DNA of 64,000 bases from an uncultured delta proteobacterium (GCA_963789835.1 CAWBMF010000004.1:128319-192318), one strand, 5' to 3'. Shown: positions 10,410 to 18,369, counted from the first letter of the stretch. Translations and numbers: made by a program. The notes: generated from the sequence alone by a model not told the origin.

Positions 10410-10624
10410 CGAAGCATCCCCAGAAAACCATTGGAGCGTTGAATCAACTCCAATGTAGACCGAGAGTTATCAGAAATCTATCGCGCGGAACGATCGAAGG
10501 AAAAAAATTGCGCGAGACGCGAGGCGGGCGCATACAGCGGGACTTAACCCGGATGCTCCGCCTGGTCCCGCGCTCGCGCAAGGGTCAAAGGCGAAAAACG
10601 AAAACGAAAGCGTTCTAGCTCTCG

Positions 10625-10948
10625 CTAGTCACGCCATCGCGCCCAGTCATGATGATGTGCGCGTACCCAGTCCGGATGATGGTCGTACCACCATGCGCGA
10701 TCATGCCAGACGTGGGCTTCGTCGTAGTCGCCGTCATAGACGCGCCACTCGGGATATACCGCGACCCACTCGGGATGATGGTAGTAAACCCAGCCGGGAT
10801 GATTTTCATGCCACCAGTGCGCGTCATGCCATTCGTGATGCGCGTCCCAATCGCCGTAATGATCATAGTGATCCGCATAAGCTGCCACCGGCGCGGCGGC
10901 GAACAGCGCAGTCAGAGCGGCGCCGGCGAGAAATGTTCGGAGTTTCAT
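10625..10948 (-). CDS. secreted His/Trp/Asp/Tyr-rich mini-protein (putative periplasmic metal-binding protein)
   Basis: Signal peptide MKLRTFLAGAALTALFAAAPVAAYA. GGAGGT ribosome-binding site. Mature ~82 aa with ~17 His and ~13 Trp, and repeated HHP[DE]WV / HWWH motifs. Confidence 0.6.
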   Translation of the reverse strand: MKLRTFLAGAALTALFAAAPVAAYADHYDHYGDWDAHHEWHDAHWWHENHPGWVYYHHPEWVAVYPEWRVYDGDYDEAHVWHDRAWWYDHHPDWVRAHHHDWARWRD

Positions 10949-11174
10949 TGCTGATACCTCCTTCGAAGCGAGCGATCCTCTGTGGGGAAATACCTCACGT
11001 GATCAATACGATGCATTCGCAATGCCAGTTTCACGCGCGGATAAAGCCTAGAAAATTTCACGAATCTTCGCCGAGATGAGCCGCGTTTCAGCGATGCGGC
11101 TCTGCAAAATCTTCAGACTGCTGGTATTGCTCTGCGGTGGAGCTTGAGACTTACGAAAGTGTAAGGAATAGAGA

Positions 11175-11498
11175 ATGAAGCTTTGTCACACGGCCGCGCT
11201 CACGCTCGTCGGATGGTACCTGCTCATTCCGCCGGTGTTCAGTCCGATGGGCGAGCATCACCGATCTTTCAACGACCTGACTGCGCCGCTGAACAAGTGG
11301 GATATCTGGGCGAAGTTCGACTCACAGGCGAGTTGCGAGAAAGAGAAAGAAAAACTGCGGAGCCAGGCGCCGCCGCGCATCAAGTTCGCAACCGAACATC
11401 CCGATGAGGATCCGAACGGCAACATTCTCGCCGTATCGCAGGCATGGCAGGTGGCGGATTGCGTGTCATCCGAGGACCCACGTCTCAGGCCGCAGTAG
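11175..11498 (+). CDS. small secreted hypothetical protein
   Basis: AGGAAT ribosome-binding site 8 nt upstream of the ATG. N-terminal hydrophobic signal-like segment. 107 aa with no family match. Confidence 0.5.
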   Translation: MKLCHTAALTLVGWYLLIPPVFSPMGEHHRSFNDLTAPLNKWDIWAKFDSQASCEKEKEKLRSQAPPRIKFATEHPDEDPNGNILAVSQAWQVADCVSSEDPRLRPQ

Positions 11499-11525
11499 AA
11501 GGCCGGGCAAAAGAATAAGTTCGAA

Positions 11526-11966
11526 TCAGTGAGACGGACTCTTCTCGCCGGCTGCGGCGGGAGGTTCCGGTGCTCCCGAGGCTTCCCACGCCGCCATGTC
11601 TGAGTACTCGCGGAACCGGCAAATCTGGCCGTCGCGAAAGATAAAGATTTGGACCCAGCTGGTTTTGACCAGCCGGCCGGTCGCGCGGATCACATAGCGC
11701 GCGGAGCCTTCGACGACCAGGTTGTCGCGGCCGGAGATGAATTCCTCCGGCTCGAACCTTTGAATATCCAGCAACTCAAAGAATTTGCTGCCGTAGCGCT
11801 CGAACTCCTTCAGGTTGTGACACCAGGCACTTCCCGGCCATTTGCCGGCGACGGCGTCTTTCCAATCAACGTCGTCGGTCAGCAGTTTCAAGATCGCGGG
11901 AAGGTCTCGATCGTTAACCGCCTGGTAGAAGCGCTTTGCGGTCTGAAGATTTTTTTCTTCGTTCAT
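11526..11966 (-). CDS. SnoaL-like / NTF2-like fold protein
   Basis: 146 aa with typical ketosteroid-isomerase-like N-terminus (AKRFYQAVNDRDLPAILKLLTDDVDW). Confidence 0.65.
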   Translation of the reverse strand: MNEEKNLQTAKRFYQAVNDRDLPAILKLLTDDVDWKDAVAGKWPGSAWCHNLKEFERYGSKFFELLDIQRFEPEEFISGRDNLVVEGSARYVIRATGRLVKTSWVQIFIFRDGQICRFREYSDMAAWEASGAPEPPAAAGEKSPSH

Positions 11967-12101
11967 CGCAAACCTCCGGAAATCCGCGGAGTCGTTTTTC
12001 AGCGACGTGTCACGCCTGATTGTTTACACCTCCTGCACGGTCAAGGTCCACGGTGAATCCGGCCGCGACCGATTGGCGTACTGACAGGGCAGGGGGACTA
12101 A

Positions 12102-12503
12102 GTGAAAATCATCGGCTTACTGGTCTTGGCGTTCGTGATGTCCGGATGCGCGGCGCTGGCGGCGCCAGGGATCGAAGGCGCGGCGTCGCTCGCCGGCATG
12201 GCCGGAAATTCCGCGACCGGCTACATGTCGACGCACTCGAGTATCGAGCTGAATGCGGCCAACGTCGAGTTGGTGCGCGCGCAGGCGCAGATGCAGAAGG
12301 TGCAGGCTGACGACTTGCGCAGCAAGCGCGAAGAGCTCGAGAACGAGCGCGCCGCCACCGTCGGCATCCTGCGCGAGATGGCGATTGCGCGCGAGGATCC
12401 AACGCTCGCCGACGTGGCGCTGTGGGTGCAGGCCGGCGGCGACCCCGACTACGCGATGCACTACGCACTCCAGGGCCCGCCCAAGACGATCGCAAAGGAA
12501 TAG
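12102..12503 (+). CDS. hypothetical lipoprotein
   Basis: Lipobox LAFVMSGC following a GTG start. Coiled-coil-like charged body. No family match. Confidence 0.5.
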   Translation: MKIIGLLVLAFVMSGCAALAAPGIEGAASLAGMAGNSATGYMSTHSSIELNAANVELVRAQAQMQKVQADDLRSKREELENERAATVGILREMAIAREDPTLADVALWVQAGGDPDYAMHYALQGPPKTIAKE

Positions 12504-12647
12504 CGAGTCCAGCGTCATCTAATCGCCGATTTTGATCGGCAACCCAAATGCTCCCCTTAAGCCATCGGCTAACTGGGGCTTGGCCCGTTCGCCTGAATCT
12601 AATATATGACTTAGAAGGCTCTCTAAGTAATTCATTGAAGGTTCACG

Positions 12648-13550
12648 ATGGCGGGTGTGGAAAGCGGCATTTTGGCTCTTTTTGTGGTCGCATTGTTTGC
12701 GTCGACCGTGAACGGGGCGCTCGGTTACGGGTTCTCGTCGCTGACGGTTCCCCTCGCGCTGTTTTTCTTTCCAAACAAAATTCTCAGCCCGGCACTCGTG
12801 CTGGTCGAACTGGCGATCAACTCGTGGGTGGTGGTGCTGAACCGCGAGAGTTTAAAGGTCGCGCGATGGCGCGCGTTGCCCATCATCATCGGCCTCGTTC
12901 CCGGCATCCTCATCGGCAGCTTTCTGCTGACCCACGCGAACCCGGGCGTGCTCAAGTTCTGGACGTATGTTGTTCTGCTTCCGCTCATTCTCTCGCAGGC
13001 CGCCGGCTATCGGCGACCGATTCGCGCCGAGCGCGCCGCGGGCGTGCCGCTGGGGGTGGGAGTCGGGGTGCTCTACTCGACCACGACTATCTCCGGACCC
13101 CCGCTCGCACTGATGTTCAACAATCAAGGCGTGGAGAAGACTGAATTTCGCGCGGCACTCGGAACCGTTCGAATCGTCGAGACCACGCTTACGACGATCG
13201 TCTACGCCTTCCTCGGGCTCTTCACCTCGCGGAGCATTCACCTGCTGGTGCCGATCGCTCCGGCCGTGCTGCTGGGGCTTCCGCTCGGGACCTACGTGAT
13301 CCGGCATGTGCCGAACGAGGCGTTCCGGCGCGTCTGCATGAGTTTCGATGCGTGGATAGTGGGGTTCGGACTCGCGAGGACGATTCTCGAGCTGCGGCTG
13401 CTGAGCCCGTCGGGAGCCTACAGCATCTGGGGCGCCGTGATTCTTTTCGATCTCTACCTGCTCTACCGCTACTTCGTCATGGGCCACGTTCATGCTCGAA
13501 TCGAAAGCCTCTCTCTGCACGGCACTCCAGCCACAGCCGAAAAAAATTGA
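12648..13550 (+). CDS. TauE/SafE family sulfite/anion exporter-type permease
   Basis: 300 aa with 7-8 predicted transmembrane helices and a duplicated 4-TM DUF81 pattern. Confidence 0.8.
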   Translation: MAGVESGILALFVVALFASTVNGALGYGFSSLTVPLALFFFPNKILSPALVLVELAINSWVVVLNRESLKVARWRALPIIIGLVPGILIGSFLLTHANPGVLKFWTYVVLLPLILSQAAGYRRPIRAERAAGVPLGVGVGVLYSTTTISGPPLALMFNNQGVEKTEFRAALGTVRIVETTLTTIVYAFLGLFTSRSIHLLVPIAPAVLLGLPLGTYVIRHVPNEAFRRVCMSFDAWIVGFGLARTILELRLLSPSGAYSIWGAVILFDLYLLYRYFVMGHVHARIESLSLHGTPATAEKN

Positions 13551-13718
13551 CGAGCGCCCGCGCGCCGCGCCGCTGCCTTCGCACAACGGCGTGCGGCAGC
13601 AGGGATACTCCAAATGGAGGTCGCGCTAGTGATTTGATTTCGAGTGTACTATTGCTCGAAGCGTTGTGACGCTGCGCCCGAATGAACGGGAACTTTGGCC
13701 GGGCCGAGGGGAAGTCCA

Positions 13719-14939
13719 ATGAGCCAGGAACCTTACATACTCATCACCGCAGACACTCACGCGGGCGCCAGTCATGCCGGGTATCGCGAATACCTCGATC
13801 CCCAATGGCGCGAGGCGTTTGACGAATGGCGTGGCGGATACAAGAACCCGTCGCAAGAGCACTACGGCTCCAAGAAGATGCGCAACTGGGATTACGGCAT
13901 CCGCAACAAAGATCAGGACAGCCAGGGAGTCGTGGGCGAAGTGGCTTTCCCCAACACGGTGCCGCCGTTCTATCGCAAGAGTATCGTCACCGCGCATCCG
14001 CCGAAGCCGGAAGATTATCAGCGATGCCAGGCCGGCATCCGTGCGCACAATCGCTGGCTGAAGGATTTCTGCGCCGAGGATCCGATTCGCCGCGCCGGGA
14101 TTGGATTGATCCTGCCCAATGACTTCGACGAAGCGATCAAGGATATCGAGTTCATCGCGAAGTCCGGCCTGCGCGGCGGCGTGCTCCTGCCGCTCATCCC
14201 GCCCGACGCCCACTGGCTGAAGCCGCTCTACCATCCGGCGTGGGACCGCGTGTTCGCCGCCATCCAGGACCATGGCCTCGTGCTCAATCAGCATACGGGG
14301 CAGGGCATTCCGGACTACGGCGAGGGCGTGGTGCCGGAATCGATCTGGATCCAGGACGTGACCTTCTACGGTCAAGCCGGCTTTCGGCATCTGCTGATGG
14401 CGGGCGTCTACGAGAAGTTCCCGAAGCTCAAGTACATCCTGACCGAGTCCGGCTGCTACTGGGTTCCCGCGATACTCAAGCAGTGCGATCGCGCCTACTA
14501 CGCGATCAAATCGGGCGCGCTGGGCGAGATGAACTACAAGGGAATGGAAATGCCGCTGAAGGAGCCGCCGAGCGAGTATGCGAAGCGTCACTGCTACTAC
14601 GGCGCGAGCTTCCCGAGCAACGCCGACCTCGCCGGCATCGACGAAATCGGCGAGGATCACGTGCTGTGGGGCAACGACTATCCTCACTACGAGGGCACCT
14701 TCCCCTACAACCTGCAATCGCTGCGACTTACGTTTGGCTCGATGCCGGACGCGCGCCGGCGAAAGATCCTCGGGCTGAACGCGGCGGCGCTCTACAACTT
14801 CGACCTGGAGGCGTTGAAGGCGCGGGCGGCAAAAGTCGGCCCGACACCGGCGCAAGTGGAGACTCCTCTCCCGCGCGAAGAAATCCCCCGCGACAGCGCG
14901 TGTTATCTCTTCCGCGACGCTCTGCAGGAGGCGTCCTGA
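13719..14939 (+). CDS. amidohydrolase-2 (ACMSD/LigW-like metal-dependent TIM-barrel hydrolase or decarboxylase)
   Basis: Start at the internal Met MSQEPYILITADTHAG with a GAGGGGAAG ribosome-binding site. HYEG and WGNDYPH C-terminal motifs typical of PF04909. Confidence 0.75.
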   Translation: MSQEPYILITADTHAGASHAGYREYLDPQWREAFDEWRGGYKNPSQEHYGSKKMRNWDYGIRNKDQDSQGVVGEVAFPNTVPPFYRKSIVTAHPPKPEDYQRCQAGIRAHNRWLKDFCAEDPIRRAGIGLILPNDFDEAIKDIEFIAKSGLRGGVLLPLIPPDAHWLKPLYHPAWDRVFAAIQDHGLVLNQHTGQGIPDYGEGVVPESIWIQDVTFYGQAGFRHLLMAGVYEKFPKLKYILTESGCYWVPAILKQCDRAYYAIKSGALGEMNYKGMEMPLKEPPSEYAKRHCYYGASFPSNADLAGIDEIGEDHVLWGNDYPHYEGTFPYNLQSLRLTFGSMPDARRRKILGLNAAALYNFDLEALKARAAKVGPTPAQVETPLPREEIPRDSACYLFRDALQEAS

Positions 14940-14942
14940 GCC

Positions 14943-15803
14943 ATGGCGATGCCGGCCGGCATCGGGATAGTCGATACGATGATCGGCTTTCCCGCCGAAG
15001 ACTTTAAGATGTACGACTTCATTCGCGCACAGCTTAAAGACCCTTCGGCGAAGTTCGATTTCCCGGTCGAGTACATGTTCAAGAACGTGCCGAAGGAGTT
15101 GTACGGATCGAAGGATCCGATTTCTCTCACGCTGCACGAGATGGATCGGTTCGGTATCGAGATAGGCGTCATCGGCGCCGGCGGAGACGTCTCGGCCAAA
15201 GCGCTCAAGGACCATCCGGACCGGTTCGTCCCGATGGGCAACGTCGATCCGAACCGCGGCATGGACGGAATCCGCGACATGGTGCGGCAGCACGAGAAAT
15301 ACGGCGTGCGCGCTTTCGGCGCATTCAACGCCGGCTACAATCCGCAAGTCGGCATCTCCGACCCGTTGATGTACCCAATCTACGCCAAGTGCGTTGAGCT
15401 CGGCGTTCCGATCTTCGCCTGCGCCGGAGTCCCAGGTCCGCGCTTCCCGATGTGGCCGCAGGAAGTACGCCTGATCGATCAGGTGATGTACGACTTCCCG
15501 GAACTCGTCTTCGTGACGCGTCACGGCTGCGAACCGTGGGAAGATCTGGCCGTCAAGCTGATGCTGAAATGGCCGAACCTCTACTACTCGACCTCCGCCT
15601 TTGCACCGAAGCATTACCCGGAAGCGATCATCCGCTATGCGAACACACGCGGCGCGGACCGCGTAATCTATGCCGGCTACTTCCCGATGGGCCTCTCGCT
15701 AGAGCGAATCATGACCGACATGAAATCGGTGCCCTTCAGCGACAAAGTCTGGCCAAAGTTCCTGCGCGATAACGCCCGAAAGGTCCTGAAGCTCGACGCT
15801 TGA
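14943..15803 (+). CDS. amidohydrolase-2 family protein (second, shorter paralog)
   Basis: Begins 4 nt after the upstream gene's stop. TIM-barrel amidohydrolase-2 like, but lacks an N-terminal HxH (GIVDTMIGFP instead). Confidence 0.7.
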   Translation: MAMPAGIGIVDTMIGFPAEDFKMYDFIRAQLKDPSAKFDFPVEYMFKNVPKELYGSKDPISLTLHEMDRFGIEIGVIGAGGDVSAKALKDHPDRFVPMGNVDPNRGMDGIRDMVRQHEKYGVRAFGAFNAGYNPQVGISDPLMYPIYAKCVELGVPIFACAGVPGPRFPMWPQEVRLIDQVMYDFPELVFVTRHGCEPWEDLAVKLMLKWPNLYYSTSAFAPKHYPEAIIRYANTRGADRVIYAGYFPMGLSLERIMTDMKSVPFSDKVWPKFLRDNARKVLKLDA

Positions 15804-15911
15804 GGGGCTATGATTCGAATAGGCGGTGCCGCGCGACTGTCTGTTTTGACACGCTTTAGCTTGCCTCTTTGCTGCGAAATGCGATATGAAGGATCCGAGA
15901 GGTCATCGCCG

Positions 15912-16319
15912 ATGAAATCCATGAAATCGATTGCTGTCACCGTGGTCGCGATCGCAGCCCTCTGGACTGCCGGACCTGCCAGCGCCGCAGGCAGAGGTGG
16001 CCACGCTGCCGCCGCTACGCGCGGAGTCGGCAGCGCGAACCGTTTCGCCGGCAGTCGGAATGGAGCGTGGATGAGACAGAACAACCGTCGGTTCGCGACC
16101 TCCTTCGGAGGCTTCCCTTACGGATACGGCGGCTACGGCTACGGGAATGCGGTGTACCAGAATCCCGATGAAGCCGACTGGGCGGAACAGTGGCAGTCGC
16201 TGTACGAGGACAACCACGGCGCCTATGCCAAGTCCACCCTTGAAAATCCACAGGGGCCTGCGCGAATGTGGGAATTTCCGCAAGTGCAGGGGGGCGCGAC
16301 CGTAACCGACGAGCATTAG
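15912..16319 (+). CDS. secreted Gly/Tyr-rich hypothetical protein
   Basis: Signal peptide MKSMKSIAVTVVAIAALWTAGPASAAG. GGFPYGYGGYGYGNAVY low-complexity segment. GAGAGG ribosome-binding site. Confidence 0.5.
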   Translation: MKSMKSIAVTVVAIAALWTAGPASAAGRGGHAAAATRGVGSANRFAGSRNGAWMRQNNRRFATSFGGFPYGYGGYGYGNAVYQNPDEADWAEQWQSLYEDNHGAYAKSTLENPQGPARMWEFPQVQGGATVTDEH

Positions 16320-16387
16320 TCGGATGCGCTGCTTCCGCGGCTCGGCGTCGACCTCAGTCACAATCGATATTTTTTCCCGCATCTAAA

Positions 16388-16437
16388 TAGTGGGCGGGGA
16401 GTGAATCCAACACTCCGACACAACGATTTTTAGTTCC
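16388..16437 (-). repeat. diverged copy of the tRNA-Phe 3' half (distal att-like repeat)
   Basis: TGGGCGGGGAGTGAATCCAACACTCCGACACAACGATTTTTAGTTCCAC versus the tRNA 3' half TGGTGGGCAGGGAGTGAATCGAACACTCGACACAAGGATTTTCAGT. Four substitutions and one insertion. It shares the extra GTTCCAC extension with repeat 2. Confidence 0.7.
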
Positions 16438-16483
16438 ACGTTAACTCCCGACATTTCCAATTCTCCGATTTGCATTAGTGAGC

Positions 16484-16515
16484 TATTTGACGCCGTCAAG
16501 CCGCACTGATAGTTG
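16484..16515 (+). promoter_or_regulatory. putative promoter of cassette A (TATTTGACGC -35-like box plus downstream AT-rich -10 candidate)
   Basis: The same 10-mer TATTTGACGC occurs at the equivalent position upstream of cassette B. A GGGAGG ribosome-binding site lies ~12 nt before the ATG. Confidence 0.35.
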
Positions 16516-16552
16516 AGTCGCGACCGCATTTTATCGGGAGGATGGGTAGAAG

Positions 16553-17020
16553 ATGAATCTGAGAGGGAATCTGGGGAGAATCGCGCTGGCAGTGGGGATG
16601 CTTTTGGTCGTCTCCGGGCCGGCATCGGCAAAATCTAAAAAACAGATTTGCTTCGAGGTAAACTCAAACGAATACCTTTTCGTCGGGAAAATTCCTGGGA
16701 AAAACAAATGCGCCTCGTTTCAAACGGTTGACACGTTCGGCATTTTCCCGGGGTTTATGTCAAACGGTGCAGCCTGTGAAAGCGGGGATGGGTCCACGCT
16801 GTTCTTTACAGCCTCCGACGGCTACTTCTCCGGGCCGGAAACCGTTCAGGGATCACTCGCTACCAGTACCGCTACAGGATCCTGTGCAGATTGTGTCGTC
16901 AGTACCTGCTTCGCGGATACTTGTTCCTTGGTCTTCTGTTCCGGGCAGACGATACCGGCGGACGTGATGTCTGGTCCCGCGAGCCTCTTGTCGAGAGGAT
17001 CATCGATGGGCGGCAACTGA
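16553..17020 (+). CDS. small secreted Cys-rich protein (cassette A)
   Basis: Signal peptide. 10 Cys in the mature part. GGGAGG ribosome-binding site. Weak but recognisable similarity to the cassette B protein (K-C-A-S-F-Q-T vs E-C-I-S-F-G-T; G-A-A-C-E-S-G-D-G-S vs Y-G-C-A-C-D-P-K-G-S). Confidence 0.55.
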   Translation: MNLRGNLGRIALAVGMLLVVSGPASAKSKKQICFEVNSNEYLFVGKIPGKNKCASFQTVDTFGIFPGFMSNGAACESGDGSTLFFTASDGYFSGPETVQGSLATSTATGSCADCVVSTCFADTCSLVFCSGQTIPADVMSGPASLLSRGSSMGGN

Positions 17021-17047
17021 CACTCACCGCGGAATCCTCAAGGTCGG

Positions 17048-17081
17048 CACCGACTGGAGTGTGGCTCCTTTCCAGTCGGTG
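17048..17081 (+). terminator. perfect 10-bp stem-loop downstream of cassette A gene
   Basis: CACCGACTGG..(14-nt loop)..CCAGTCGGTG. A T-run (CTATTTTTTTT) lies ~45 nt further downstream rather than adjacent, so intrinsic-terminator status is uncertain. Confidence 0.4.
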
Positions 17082-17143
17082 CCCGGCCTGGCGATTCGCT
17101 GCGCTGACCAGCTCTCTGACAATCTATTTTTTTTCGGGTCTGC

Positions 17144-17189
17144 TGGTGGGCAGGGAGTGAATCGAACACTCGACACAAGGATTTTCAGT
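17144..17189 (-). repeat. 46-bp perfect direct repeat of the tRNA-Phe 3' half including CCA (proximal att-like repeat)
   Basis: Identical to 18219..18264 (anticodon loop through CCA of the tRNA-Phe gene). Confidence 0.85.
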
Positions 17190-17435
17190 TCCACTATAAG
17201 TCATCCACCATTGTCCGTAAGTTGATTCTATCGACGCTTTCTCAGCAGAGGCAGTCCGCCAAAGTGCGCAATGCCCGCCGATGTTCATCGGCTAGGCTGC
17301 ACCTAGACTGCAGACCCGAGGTTCGCGACACCCGCCTCCGTAACGAATCGCGCGCGTAGAACAGATCGAAGAATACGCAACTGGGCGAAGTGTGGTAGCA
17401 GCGCCGGGCGGCATTGCCGCGAGCGTAGCTCGGGT

Positions 17436-17470
17436 TATTTGACGCAAGCGTGGCGGAATGACATATCAGT
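17436..17470 (+). promoter_or_regulatory. putative promoter of cassette B (TATTTGACGC box)
   Basis: Same 10-mer as upstream of cassette A. GGGAGG ribosome-binding site 11 nt before ATG 17492. Confidence 0.35.
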
Positions 17471-17491
17471 GCGCTGGGAGGAATCAAAACA

Positions 17492-17929
17492 ATGCGTAGA
17501 TCAGTCAGTCTGTTGGTAGTGACATTCTCCGTCTTCGCGGTGAGTTTGCTGGCCATATCGTTCTCGGCCAACGCGGGCGGCAATTGCGAGGGCAAACTTC
17601 TCGGCAACTCTTACGAATGCAACTACGTAAACAGCGAAGGCGGTTCGGGGAGCGAATGCATTTCGTTTGGCACCGGGGTGTTCTCGGTTCATTTCGACGC
17701 CGGGTACGATGGCACAGACGAATATGGTTGCGCATGCGATCCGAAGGGCTCCAAGAAATCGCCTTCGTTCAACGCTTCTTCAAACACCTACCAGTGCACG
17801 TCCCCCTCATCTCCTTCTTATTTGCTGAGTGGAACGATAAAGGGCAAAAAGGTTACTGAACAGGGCCTTGAATCGGACGGCTTCCAATACGTCGAAACCT
17901 GCGAGCTCAGGTCTTCGCCTTGCCCCTGA
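17492..17929 (+). CDS. small secreted Cys-rich protein (cassette B)
   Basis: Signal peptide MRRSVSLLVVTFSVFAVSLLAISFSANA. 9 Cys. Paralogous to the cassette A protein. Confidence 0.55.
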   Translation: MRRSVSLLVVTFSVFAVSLLAISFSANAGGNCEGKLLGNSYECNYVNSEGGSGSECISFGTGVFSVHFDAGYDGTDEYGCACDPKGSKKSPSFNASSNTYQCTSPSSPSYLLSGTIKGKKVTEQGLESDGFQYVETCELRSSPCP

Positions 17930-18218
17930 CCTGAATCGAGACCATTTCGGCTAAGGCGGAGAAAGCCGGGTCTTGCCTAGGCGCAGTTCGGCGAAAGAGG
18001 CGTGTCGCAGGCGGGCGTCCAGCGTCCACTCCAGGAAGTCGATGCGACGACTATCCGCGGCTTGAGCCAGCGGCACGCCTTCATCTTGTCGGCTGTGACC
18101 CCGGTTCCCCAGCGGCCTTTCGACGCATCCGGCAGATTTGAGAATGGACACGCGGCCGGTTTCGAGGCCGTAGGCTGCAACTTAGGCTGCGGGACTCCCT
18201 CAAAAGGGCAAAAAGTGT

Positions 18219-18294
18219 TGGTGGGCAGGGAGTGAATCGAACACTCGACACAAGGATTTTCAGTCCTTTGCTCTACCGACTGAGCTACCTGCCC
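18219..18294 (-). tRNA. tRNA-Phe (anticodon GAA), CCA encoded
   Basis: Reverse complement folds as GGGCAGG-UA-GCUC AGUCGGUA GAGC A AAGGA CUGAAAA UCCUU GUGUC GAGUG UUCGAUU CACUC CCUGCCC A CCA. Very close to E. coli tRNA-Phe in the D and T arms. Confidence 0.9.
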
Positions 18295-18369
18295 ACCGTG
18301 ATTGGCCGCGTTCGCGGTGAGGCGAACCTTCATTCGTACCGATGATTGATGCGCCTTGCAACGGCTCGC

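Larger units (their letters stand above)
16388..18218. mobile_element. two tandem integrase-less mini-islets (cassettes) inserted at the 3' end of tRNA-Phe; ~50% GC versus ~66% in the flanks
   Basis: tRNA-Phe 3'-half direct repeats at 18219-18264 (in the gene), 17144-17189 (perfect) and 16388-16437 (diverged). Each unit carries a promoter-like box, a ribosome-binding site and one small secreted Cys-rich gene. No recombinase lies within or adjacent. Confidence 0.5.

Noticed and set aside
13626-15614. 662-aa ORF on the minus strand, plus similar long antisense ORFs (25951..27882 opposite clpA; 36114..38039 and 37831..39744 opposite the ABC transporters; 5446..6210; 6540..7577)
   Set aside because: These are typical GC-rich antisense artefacts. 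They are Arg/Ala/His-rich with no domain signatures, and they overlap well-supported genes with conserved motifs on the other strand.
17242-17607. Minus-strand ORFs inside the cassette region (17242..17607, 17505..17735, 17977..18333) as possible integrase remnants
   Set aside because: Arg/Pro-rich translations with no recombinase motifs (no R..HxxR..Y). They overlap the better-supported + strand Cys-rich gene or the tRNA.
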